A stretch of 64,000 nucleotides of DNA from Oscillospiraceae bacterium (GTDB lineage: Bacteria > Bacillota > Clostridia > Oscillospirales > Ruminococcaceae): positions 56,763-120,762 of the forward strand of contig JAVBOH010000006.1 of the NCBI GenBank assembly GCA_031550725.1, given 5' to 3'. Position 1 is the stretch's first letter; each line of letters begins with the position of its first letter. Under the pieces are notes generated by a model that did not search any database, was not told where the DNA came from, and saw only the letters and a program-made list of their open reading frames with translations. A program made the translations under genes and the position numbers. This document shows, one piece after another, positions 53,232 through 61,820 of this stretch.

Positions 53232-54584
53232 TTATAAACCAAGTACGCTTGTTGCAATCATGAAATACACGATTAATGCAATTGCATCAACAATAGTCGT
53301 GATGAAAGGACTTGCCATAACGGCAGGGTCAAAGCCAATTTTCTTTGCAAGCAACGGCAATGTACATCCAACAAGCTTTGCAACAATTATTACAATCATA
53401 ATAGTCAATGAAACGACAACCGCAATTTCAAAACCTTTACGGTCAATAAACATAACCTTTAAAAATAAAACAACAGCTATTGTGGCTGCACATAAGAGTG
53501 CAATTCTTAGCTCTTTCCAAATTACTTTCAATATATCCGTAAAAGCAATTTCATTTAACGAAATACCACGAATAATCGTTACTGATGCCTGACTTCCTGT
53601 GTTTCCGCCTGTATCCATAAGCATTGGTATAAATACAGTCAACGCTGGAACAACAGCTAATGCACTTTCAAACGAATTGATAATCATTCCAGTAAAAGTT
53701 GCTGAAATCATAAGTAACATCAGCCATGGAATACGTGATTTATAAATCTGAAATACGCTTGTTTTAAAATATGGCTTATCAGATGGTGAAATCGCCGCCA
53801 TCACTTCCATATCCTCAGTGGTTTCCTCCTTGATGACATCAATAGCATCGTCGAAAGTTACAATTCCGACAATTCTATTCTCAGCATCAACAACTGGTAT
53901 TGCTGCAAGGTCATATTTTGACAGCTTATTCGCAACACTTTCCTGATCATCAAGTGTTGATACCGAAATTACATTAGTATCCATGATATCTTCAATTAAA
54001 GTATCAGGCTCGGCAACAATCATATCGAGCAAGGTAATTATACCCGAAAGGTGACGATTTTCTGTTACATAGCAAGTATAAACAGTTTCCTTAACAACAC
54101 CTATACTGCGAATTCTGTCAAAAGCCTCTGCAACAGTTAGTTCTTTATGCAGATACACAAACTCTGTTGTCATAACAGAACCAGCACTATATTTCGGATA
54201 ATTCAGCAGCTCATTAATCTGCTTTCTTTTTTCAGCATCGGTATTTTTCAAAATCTTTGAAACAACGTTTGCAGGCATTTCTTCAATAATATCAACGGTA
54301 TCATCTAAGTATAGCTCATCAATAACCTCTCTAAGCTCATTATCCGAAAAAGCGTTGATAATTATTACCTGCCAGTCACTATCCATATAAGCAAAAGCTT
54401 CAGCTGCTAATTCCTTTGGCAGCACACGGAATACTAGTGTAAGCTCACGGTCACCAAGGTCATCCGCTTCGTACATCGCACCCAAAAGTGCGGCTATATC
54501 GGCAGGATTCATTTCTGTCAGTTCGTTTTTAAGCTCTGCAAACCTTTTAGTTTGCATAAGTTCAACAGCATATTCTTTTTCCAT
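53232..54584 (-). CDS. mgtE: magnesium transporter MgtE
   Basis: N-terminal MgtE_N, tandem CBS domains, C-terminal 5-TM channel domain; GGAGGG SD before MEKEY (ORF extends to 54650). Confidence 0.9.
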   Translation of the reverse strand: MEKEYAVELMQTKRFAELKNELTEMNPADIAALLGAMYEADDLGDRELTLVFRVLPKELAAEAFAYMDSDWQVIIINAFSDNELREVIDELYLDDTVDIIEEMPANVVSKILKNTDAEKRKQINELLNYPKYSAGSVMTTEFVYLHKELTVAEAFDRIRSIGVVKETVYTCYVTENRHLSGIITLLDMIVAEPDTLIEDIMDTNVISVSTLDDQESVANKLSKYDLAAIPVVDAENRIVGIVTFDDAIDVIKEETTEDMEVMAAISPSDKPYFKTSVFQIYKSRIPWLMLLMISATFTGMIINSFESALAVVPALTVFIPMLMDTGGNTGSQASVTIIRGISLNEIAFTDILKVIWKELRIALLCAATIAVVLFLKVMFIDRKGFEIAVVVSLTIMIVIIVAKLVGCTLPLLAKKIGFDPAVMASPFITTIVDAIALIVYFMIATSVLGL

Positions 54585-54591
54585 TCTAAGC

Positions 54592-54612
54592 CCTCCAGTA
54601 AAAAATTGGAGG
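54592..54612 (-). promoter_or_regulatory. hairpin sequestering the mgtE Shine-Dalgarno sequence
   Basis: mRNA CCUCCA-AUUUUUUAC-UGGAGG, 3' arm is the SD 6 nt before the AUG. Confidence 0.4.
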
Positions 54613-54633
54613 TATAAAACAATAAAGGCAGAT

Positions 54634-54714
54634 TTAAGAAACGTACGCAAAAAAAGCGCCGTAACTTAAATCACTACTTCGTGGTTCTATACCATTACCG
54701 CTTCCCGCGTCCAT
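54634..54714 (-). CDS. candidate 26-codon upstream ORF in the mgtE leader
   Basis: AAGGAGAU SD 8 nt before AUG; MDAGSGNGIEPRSSDLSYGAFFAYVS; ends about 25 nt before the SD-sequestering hairpin. Confidence 0.3.
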   Translation of the reverse strand: MDAGSGNGIEPRSSDLSYGAFFAYVS

Positions 54715-54786
54715 TTTTTCATCTCCTTCATATAAGTATTTTTTTATTTGTATGTAAAGTTTTAAGCCCACAAACACACATATATT

Positions 54787-54815
54787 ATTATACACGTTTC
54801 ACACATTTATGTCAA
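54787..54815 (-). promoter_or_regulatory. consensus sigma-A promoter of the mgtE leader
   Basis: Minus strand TTGACA-17 bp-TATAAT, about 200 nt upstream of the mgtE AUG. Confidence 0.65.
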
Positions 54816-54905
54816 CAAAAAAATTATAACTTAACATAACTATACTTATTATTAACATTAGAAAAAATAGCCTGCCACAATATGACAGACTATTTTCATT
54901 AATCA

Positions 54906-56531
54906 TTATTCATCAATATCCAAATGTGAATTCACAGCAAATATATCAGTCTTAACATCCTTAACTTCATCCTTAATTTCAGTTCCAAGAAGTGTTGGAA
55001 GTTCCATACCGGACTGCTTAAATACTTCATTAAGCGGAGGTACAGATTTCATCATACCTGATAAAAAGTCAGCAGTTGCAGTCTTGCCATCGCCGCCATT
55101 TGCGCCGCTGTCCCATACTGTAACCTTGTCAATCTTGATATTCTTGATAGCATCAACCTGAATCTGCATGAGGTTTTCAAGCTTGTCGGCAATAATAAGC
55201 TTAACAGCCGAATCAGCATCACCGCCAGCAGCCTCAATAAGAGCTTTCATACCCTCTGCCTGCTTTTCAAGGATTTCTTGTGCGCCCCTTGCTTCTGCTA
55301 ACATTTTAGCATAGATAGCATCAGCCTCACCCTTTGCTTTTTGGCGGATAACTTCAGCCTCGGCCTCAGCATCGATAACAGCCTGTTCTTTTTCAATCTG
55401 TGCCTTAACAATGATGTCTGCTTTCTTTGATGCCATTTCAAGCTCTGCTCTTGCAAGTTCAGCTTCCTGCTGTGCCTGATAAGCCTCCTGCTTTGTACGA
55501 GCAGCATTGATAGCTTCAGCAGCCATCGCTTGTTTAAGTGCCTCTGATTCTTTTTCACGACGGTTAGCTTCCGACTGTGAAATAGCAACCTTAGCATTAT
55601 TTTCACCCTCGATAGCAGTTGCATTTGCAGCAGCTACCTGAATACGCTGTTCCTTATGAGCATTTGCCTGACCGATTTCACCATCACGATGAGTTTCAGC
55701 TAAAACTTTTTTAGCATCATTTGTCGCCTTAGCTTCAGCCTCAGCCTCTTTTTGTTTACGAATAGATTCAGACTGTGCAATAGCAACCTTAGCGTCATTT
55801 TCACCCTCAATAGCAGTTGCATTCGCGGCAGCTACCTGAATACGCTGATCCCTGTATGCATTTGCCTGACCAATAGCACCATCTCTGTCCTTTTCAGCAA
55901 CGCTTTTCTTAGCATCATTGATAGCCTTTGCAGCAGCCTCTTTACCAAGAGCCTCAATATATCCTGATTCATCATTAATATCAGTAACATTAACGTTGAT
56001 AAGGCGAAGTCCAATCTTTTTAAGCTCGATTTCAACGTTGTTTGAAACAGCAACTAGGAATTTATCACGGTCAGTATTGATTTCTTCAATATCCATTGTT
56101 GCGATAACAAGTCTTAGCTGACCAAAAATAATATCCTTTGCAAGCTCCTGAATTTCATTAAGCTTAAGCCCTAACAGACGTTCAGCAGCATTCTGCATAA
56201 TCCCTGGTTCAGTCGAGATACCAACTGTAAATCTTGATGGTACATCAACACGGATATTTTGCTTTGAAAGTGCGCTCTTTAAGTCAACATTTATTGACAT
56301 AGGAGTCAAATCCATGTATTGATATGATTGAATTACAGGAACGATAAATGCAGCACCACCATGTATACACTTTGCACTTCGAACATTACCGCTTGAATCT
56401 GAACCAACCTTACCATAAATTACAAGAACTTTATCCGACGGACATTTGCGATAGCGTGATAATATTGCCATTAACACAGCAAAAACCACTAATACGCAAA
56501 CGCATATCAAGATTATGATTTCCATACCCAT
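54906..56531 (-). CDS. floT: flotillin-like SPFH/band-7 protein (FloT-like)
   Basis: N-terminal TM, SPFH domain, long Ala/Glu-rich coiled coil with an internal ~65-aa tandem duplication. Confidence 0.85.
   Translation of the reverse strand: MGMEIIILICVCVLVVFAVLMAILSRYRKCPSDKVLVIYGKVGSDSSGNVRSAKCIHGGAAFIVPVIQSYQYMDLTPMSINVDLKSALSKQNIRVDVPSRFTVGISTEPGIMQNAAERLLGLKLNEIQELAKDIIFGQLRLVIATMDIEEINTDRDKFLVAVSNNVEIELKKIGLRLINVNVTDINDESGYIEALGKEAAAKAINDAKKSVAEKDRDGAIGQANAYRDQRIQVAAANATAIEGENDAKVAIAQSESIRKQKEAEAEAKATNDAKKVLAETHRDGEIGQANAHKEQRIQVAAANATAIEGENNAKVAISQSEANRREKESEALKQAMAAEAINAARTKQEAYQAQQEAELARAELEMASKKADIIVKAQIEKEQAVIDAEAEAEVIRQKAKGEADAIYAKMLAEARGAQEILEKQAEGMKALIEAAGGDADSAVKLIIADKLENLMQIQVDAIKNIKIDKVTVWDSGANGGDGKTATADFLSGMMKSVPPLNEVFKQSGMELPTLLGTEIKDEVKDVKTDIFAVNSHLDIDE
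55570..55945. repeat. tandem direct repeat (2 x ~190 bp, ~85% identical) inside floT
   Basis: ..accctcgatagcagttgcatttgcagcagctacctgaatacgctg.. repeated as ..accctcaatagcagttgcattcgcggcagctacctgaatacgctg.. Confidence 0.7.
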
Positions 56532-56591
56532 TAAAATAATCCTCCCTTAATGTAAAATGATTTGTTTATGTAATAGCTTTAAGCTTTACAA

Positions 56592-57269
56592 TCAATCGTC
56601 CTGTTCAACAACAAGAATTTCGCCACGCAAGTCAGTTACACGCACACTTTGTCCAGTCGTCAGCATAGTATCATCATGAGTAATTGCTGTACATTCCATA
56701 AAACGCCCCTGAAAAGTTAATGTAACCTTTCCCTCACCCTTTGCATTCGCTGGAATTGGCATATATACAACGGCATTTTCACCAATCGCATTCTTGAAAT
56801 TAACCGTACCGTTCTCTGCCAAACCTTTCATGGATTTCACAAGAACTGCAACGCCATACATCGCAGCAACACCTGCTAAAATACCGATTACAACTGCGCC
56901 AATCACAGGGACATTAACAGACATCAGAGCAATTGACATCCATGAAAATACTGCAAAAAATGCAAGCAAACCCTGCACCGAAAGCAATCTTAAGCTATCA
57001 TAATTCGGTACAACATGACCAGAAATATCAGTCATATCAGCGGATATATCAACATCAGTATTAAAATCAACATCTATATCAGTATCTATATCAACATCAA
57101 AATCAACATCTGCCTCAAATCCAGATGTATCACTTATATTAACATCTCCGCCATCAGCAAATCCTGCAAATGAGAAAATCGTTTGCAATATAAGCACTAA
57201 TGTTGACGGTATCGCTATGCAGTAAAGCACTTTCAGGACAATATTAAGGCTCTCCCACCATACATTCAT
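56592..57269 (-). CDS. NfeD-family membrane protein (YuaF-like flotillin partner)
   Basis: N-terminal TMs, Asp-rich linker, C-terminal OB-fold (GEGKVTLTFQGRF..VRVTDLRGEILVVE); directly upstream of floT. Confidence 0.8.
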   Translation of the reverse strand: MNVWWESLNIVLKVLYCIAIPSTLVLILQTIFSFAGFADGGDVNISDTSGFEADVDFDVDIDTDIDVDFNTDVDISADMTDISGHVVPNYDSLRLLSVQGLLAFFAVFSWMSIALMSVNVPVIGAVVIGILAGVAAMYGVAVLVKSMKGLAENGTVNFKNAIGENAVVYMPIPANAKGEGKVTLTFQGRFMECTAITHDDTMLTTGQSVRVTDLRGEILVVEQDD

Positions 57270-57401
57270 TTTCTTGTCCTCCTTTAACCATTTTAGTAAA
57301 TCAAATTTACCTATATTATAACTGTTATCGTTTAATTTGTCAAGTACTTTTATAGGATTTATTAAAATTTTTATTCATATAGAAAAAAGTATGTTTTGGG
57401 C

Positions 57402-57430
57402 TTGACAAAACGTAAATGGTATGTTACAAT
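57402..57430 (+). promoter_or_regulatory. sigma-A-type promoter of the XRE regulator gene
   Basis: TTGACA-17 bp-TACAAT. Confidence 0.55.
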
Positions 57431-57432
57431 AT

Positions 57433-57447
57433 GTAAATAGTATTTAC
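57433..57447 (+). promoter_or_regulatory. palindromic candidate operator overlapping the transcription start
   Basis: GTAAATA-g-TATTTAC perfect inverted repeat 2 nt after the -10 box. Confidence 0.35.
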
Positions 57448-57544
57448 GGACGCTTTTTACCAAATGTAGTGCGTTATCAATGCATATATGCTTTATTTAT
57501 TCATTATAGAAATGCATTTATAACCTTATTGGAGGGATTTATTT

Positions 57545-58102
57545 ATGACACCTGCTGAACGAGGAAAGCGGATAAAAGAGGCACGCCTTGCGAAAAAATT
57601 GACGCAAAGCGAGGTTGTCGGCGATTTTATAACGAGAAATATGCTTAGCCAGATAGAAAGCGGAACTGCTACCCCATCTGTAAAAACGCTTGAATACCTT
57701 GCTGAAGTACTGGATTTACCTGTTTCCAGTCTTATGCCAGGTAACGAGGACAACGATGGATTTTCATATATTTCACCTATTCTTAGTAAATTTTTGACCG
57801 CTAAGGAGTATTATTTGAATTCCGAATTTGAAGCTTGTGTTAATGAACTGAGCAATGCTGAAAATACTGGTAGTCTTGATGATGAATACATGGCATTGCT
57901 TGCACTTGCTTTCTTTGGTCTTGCCAAGCAGTTTGCTGACAAGGAAAATCTTATCAAAGCGGTTGAATATGCAAAGCTTGCGGCTGACACCTCCGAAGTT
58001 GGAATTTACGCAAATTCTTCTCTTAAAAATGATGCTATAAACTTGCGAAATAGTCTTGCAAAAGCACTCAGCAGCTATTATGCAGGACTTGTTTCAGATT
58101 AA
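57545..58102 (+). CDS. XRE-family HTH regulator with helical (TPR-like) C-terminal domain
   Basis: HTH KRIKEARLAKKLTQSEV..ISQIESGTATPSVKTLEYLA. Confidence 0.8.
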   Translation: MTPAERGKRIKEARLAKKLTQSEVVGDFITRNMLSQIESGTATPSVKTLEYLAEVLDLPVSSLMPGNEDNDGFSYISPILSKFLTAKEYYLNSEFEACVNELSNAENTGSLDDEYMALLALAFFGLAKQFADKENLIKAVEYAKLAADTSEVGIYANSSLKNDAINLRNSLAKALSSYYAGLVSD

Positions 58103-58110
58103 ATATTAAT

Positions 58111-58146
58111 GGCAGATACATTTTTCGTGTATCTGCCTTTTTTATA
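58111..58146 (+). terminator. rho-independent terminator of the XRE gene
   Basis: GGCAGATACA-TTTTTCGT-GTATCTGCC followed by T7. Confidence 0.75.
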
Positions 58147-58164
58147 CATTTTTGAATTGTTCTA

Positions 58165-58303
58165 GTGCAAGGATTTTGAGCATTTTATGCGAAAAATCTT
58201 GCACTTTGCAGACAGTCAATCAAGAAACAATACGAAAATACGTTGTATTTTCGTATATAAAATCCCGTTAAAAACGGAATTATTCAATACGCATTATTTA
58301 GTT
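58165..58303. repeat. copy B of the intergenic repeat family
   Basis: gtgcaaggattttgagcattttatgcgaaaaatcttgcac .. gacagtcaatcaag .. attcaatacgcattatttagtt; abuts the stop codon of the minus-strand DtxR-like gene. Confidence 0.65.
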
Positions 58304-58672
58304 ATGCCTATCTCTTATATGCTCTTTTAATTTGATGAATGACTCAATGCTAATATCATGCTCAAGCTTGCATGCATCCTCTGCTGCAGTTTTTTCGCTC
58401 ACTCCAATACCGATAAGCCAATCTGTTAGTACTCTGTGACGTTCATATATACTTTCTGCAACTTCCTTGCCTGTTTCAGTAAGTGTTATATATCCATCAG
58501 AATCAATACTAATGAAACCACCGTCCTTTAATATGCCCATTGCTCTGCTGACGCTTGGTTTTGACAAGTCCATTTCCCTTACTATATCAATCGAACGCAC
58601 ATCAACACCACGATTTTTAAGCACTAATATTGTTTCAAGGTAATTCTCGCCTGATTCATGTATATTCGGCAT
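58298..58672 (-). CDS. DtxR/MntR-family metal-dependent transcriptional regulator
   Basis: ENYLETILVLKNRG.., winged HTH SKPSVSRAMGILKDGGFI, metal-binding helix; 124 aa with no SH3 tail. Confidence 0.85.
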   Translation of the reverse strand: MPNIHESGENYLETILVLKNRGVDVRSIDIVREMDLSKPSVSRAMGILKDGGFISIDSDGYITLTETGKEVAESIYERHRVLTDWLIGIGVSEKTAAEDACKLEHDISIESFIKLKEHIRDRHN

Positions 58673-58750
58673 TGCTCAATCCATCCTTCGCATTATATAT
58701 ATATCACAATTATATTGCACACAATATTTTTGTGCACAATGATTATTTCG

Positions 58751-59320
58751 TTAAATTTCATATGTCCTTAGTATATCCTGAGCTATGCTCCTTGGGTGGA
58801 CATTAGCATCCATAGCACGCTTTAAAATCTGCTTATGTGCTTCATCCTCTGAAATACGCAAGTACTGCACAAGCGTCCATTTCGCTCTGTCAATAAGTTT
58901 TATATCCTTGATTTTTGTTTCAAGACTGCTTTTCTCGTCATGAAGTGTTTTAATCGTTTCTCTTGTATGCATAACAAACCGCATTGCCTGTATTAAAAGT
59001 GCTTTATTCACAGGTCTTGGCAGGACATATGCACCTGTAAAACCTATCTTTTCAGCCACCATACTGCTTGATTTCTGGGACACCGAAATTATCATTGCCG
59101 AGTCAGTATTCTGATAAATAAACGATGCCAGTTCAAGCCCATATTCATTTGAAAGCGGTACATTAATAAAAACCAAATCATATGCATTATCTGTAACAAG
59201 CTTACGTGCATTACTGCCGTCCGAATATGATATTTTATCAAAACCATATTCACTTGCTGATACTGATATATTTTCTATTGCTTCATCAGACGATGAGAGT
59301 ATCAATATTTTTCGTTCCAT
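58751..59320 (-). CDS. ANTAR-domain RNA-binding regulator with degenerate (pseudo-)receiver domain
   Basis: C-terminal ANTAR (IDRAKWTLVQYLRISEDEAHKQILKRAMDAN); in the REC-like N-domain the phospho-acceptor position reads FINVPL (Asn, not Asp) and the conserved Lys is replaced (VLPRP). Confidence 0.75.
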   Translation of the reverse strand: MERKILILSSSDEAIENISVSASEYGFDKISYSDGSNARKLVTDNAYDLVFINVPLSNEYGLELASFIYQNTDSAMIISVSQKSSSMVAEKIGFTGAYVLPRPVNKALLIQAMRFVMHTRETIKTLHDEKSSLETKIKDIKLIDRAKWTLVQYLRISEDEAHKQILKRAMDANVHPRSIAQDILRTYEI

Positions 59321-59451
59321 ATTCCCATCCGCCTTTCACATGATATTATATATTATATCATATTTATGAAATTTGTAAAGTTCTTTTGCATAAAATCATA
59401 CTTAAACGGATTATATCAGAATTGTTCAGTAAACATTATATTTATTCAAAA

Positions 59452-59559
59452 CTATTTCAATGGCTGTACAACAAGCTTGTTTGTTGGACTAAATTGATCT
59501 GCTATATCCTCAACAAATGGTATAAACTTACTACCAATATTATGCTTTGCATTTATCAT
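59452..59559 (-). CDS. candidate small ORF (35 aa)
   Basis: GAGGTG SD 7 nt before ATG; MINAKHNIGSKFIPFVEDIADQFSPTNKLVVQPLK; no recognisable family. Confidence 0.25.
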   Translation of the reverse strand: MINAKHNIGSKFIPFVEDIADQFSPTNKLVVQPLK

Positions 59560-59798
59560 AAAAACACACCTCAATTTTTTGTATTTAACCTTTACATTTT
59601 TATAGATTAATTATATAATAGTATAAAACAGAGATGGATTCTATAAATATTGCTGCTGATTATATAAATATCGTATCAAAGGAGAGGTGTTATGTTTAGA
59701 AGATTATAAGTTGATAAAACATAAAAACAAAATATAAAGTATTTAGATAAGAGCAATACTGGTGGTACATATTAGATTTTTTATGAGGGGTAACTGTC

Positions 59799-60437
59799 AT
59801 GCCAAACTTATCAAGAGGTATTATGCTCGAAGGAATTTCATGTTCAGGTAAAACATCAACAATGTATGCATTAAAAAGGCTATTTTCGTCTGATTTGAAT
59901 TTAGAACGCAACATAATCATGTTAGGCGAACATTATACACAAGTGCTTAATTCCGTAAATGGCGTGCTGAAACACCATGAACAAAATAAACATATTGATA
60001 TGTTATTCGAGCGAGTGGCTATGATTGAACAGCTGCATGAATGGGGATGTTCACTTGGCGATTTTAGGCGAACTTCACGAGGTTTATATACCGTTCTTGA
60101 AAGAGGTTTAATTAATCATATTGCTTATTATAAGGACTTTGATGATAAGCGAATTATTGAACTTAGTGAACGATTTTCGAGTGTTGGTATGGAAGTAATT
60201 TTGCTTATTGTATCGGATGAAAATATAAAAATACGAATACAAATGAGAGAACATCAGATGAATATTTCTGATACGGAATCAAATCGAAATAACCTTACAG
60301 AACAGTTGAAAATACAGCAGGATGATATGCTTACAGCAATTCAGAAAACTAAGATACCATCAAGAATAATTTATACTGATTCTATGAATTGGGATGAATA
60401 TGCTAAGATTATTACCTTAGATAGTGATGTTATATAA
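59799..60437 (+). CDS. P-loop kinase (deoxynucleoside/nucleotide-kinase-like fold)
   Basis: Walker A GISCSGKTST at the N-terminus, Arg-rich LID-like IKIRIQMRE. Confidence 0.6.
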   Translation: MPNLSRGIMLEGISCSGKTSTMYALKRLFSSDLNLERNIIMLGEHYTQVLNSVNGVLKHHEQNKHIDMLFERVAMIEQLHEWGCSLGDFRRTSRGLYTVLERGLINHIAYYKDFDDKRIIELSERFSSVGMEVILLIVSDENIKIRIQMREHQMNISDTESNRNNLTEQLKIQQDDMLTAIQKTKIPSRIIYTDSMNWDEYAKIITLDSDVI

Positions 60438-60488
60438 TTACATATCATCATTAAACAACTTCACAATTTATAGCAAGGAGCATATAAA

Positions 60489-60944
60489 ATGAACATAATA
60501 AACATTCGCAAAAACCCTGAATATAAGAACAAAGCCATCCTATATTTTCAAGAAATATGGGCAAATGAAGATAATAAAATGATATATGATGATTGCATTT
60601 CAAGAAGTATAGAAACTAATAGTCCTATGCCTATTTGGTATTTGCTTGTTGATAACGGTAAAATAATTGGTGGTGCGGGACTTATTACAAACGATTTTAT
60701 TAGCTGTATGGATCTAATGCCTTGGTTATGTGCTTTACATATTGATGAAAATTATAGAGGGAAAGCTTTGGGAAATCTGCTTATTGAGCAGATAAAGAAA
60801 GATACAGCAATGCTAGGATTTGACAAGCTATATCTTTGTACCGACCATATTGGTTATTATGAAAAATATAATTTTTCTTACATTTGCATTGGTTATCATC
60901 CTTGGGGTGATAGTTCGAGGGTTTACGAATGTACAGTTAAATAA
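60489..60944 (+). CDS. GNAT-family N-acetyltransferase
   Basis: 151-aa GNAT fold with conserved R/Q-x-x-G-x-G/A motif region (RGKALGNLL). Confidence 0.7.
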   Translation: MNIINIRKNPEYKNKAILYFQEIWANEDNKMIYDDCISRSIETNSPMPIWYLLVDNGKIIGGAGLITNDFISCMDLMPWLCALHIDENYRGKALGNLLIEQIKKDTAMLGFDKLYLCTDHIGYYEKYNFSYICIGYHPWGDSSRVYECTVK

Positions 60945-60957
60945 AATTGGAGGGTAT

Positions 60958-61804
60958 AATGTATAAACTTCTCATAATTGACGGCAGCAATCTGCTATTC
61001 CAAATGTTCTTCGGAATGCCATCACGAATAATTAACCATGATGGAAAAGCAATTCAAGGTACACTTGGCTTTGTTGGTGCATTTCTGAAAATTATACGTA
61101 TGACAGAACCTACACATATTGCAGTTTTGTTTGATGGTGAGCATGAAAATGAACGTACAAATTTGGATGTTGACTACAAATCCAACCGTCCCGATTTTAG
61201 CCGAACACCTGATGAAGAAACACCATTTTCACAGTTACCGGATATTTATGATGCACTTGATTACTTGAAAATTATGCATACTGAAACTACCTACTGCGAG
61301 GCTGATTATTTAATTGCTGGGTATGCTTTTACATATGGGAGTGAAATGGAAGTTGTGATTTCTTCATTTGACAGTGACTTCTTTCAGCTAATTACAGACA
61401 ATGTATCGGTACTGCGTTACCGTGGTGAGAAAACTGTCATCTGTACTCCTGCTTATATAAACGAAAAGCTTGGTATAAATCCGTCACAATATGCTGATTT
61501 TAAGTCGCTGACTGGTGATACTTCTGATAATATTAAAGGTGCAGAAAAGGTTGGACCTAAAACTGCTATGACACTTTTGAATGAATTTGATACGCTTGAA
61601 AATGTACTTTTAAATGCTGAGAAAATTGCAAAACCATCTGTTCGAGAGTCTATTATAAAGAATGTGGAAAGACTTCGTACTAATTATAAACTTATTAAAC
61701 TGACTGATAAAGCTTCACTTCCTTTTGAGCTTTCAGAGCTTTTGTATTGTTATGATGGGATAACTACAAATGAGGTGCTTAGAGGGATTGGGTTAAAATT
61801 ATAG
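60958..61804 (+). CDS. 5'-3' exonuclease (FEN/Pol I N-terminal-domain-like, H3TH)
   Basis: LLIIDGSNLLFQ, acidic metal-binding clusters, H3TH region KSLTGDTSDNIKGAEKVGPKTA. Confidence 0.8.
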
Positions 61805-61820
61805 GATTGGAGTGTTCAAT

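Noticed and set aside
54585-54905. M-box riboswitch upstream of mgtE
   Set aside because: Expected from Firmicute precedent, but the leader is AU-rich and lacks any recognisable M-box helices or conserved segments. See the uORF/hairpin finding instead. Needs a covariance-model scan to be certain.
58181-58330. Short ORFs overlapping the intergenic repeat copies (e.g. MRKILHFADSQSR.. in copy B, ..MYAEMPCTYKMIFVENYF.. at 63590-63811 in copy C)
   Set aside because: The repeat copies are conserved at the DNA level but translate to unrelated peptides in each copy, so they are non-coding elements rather than small protein genes.
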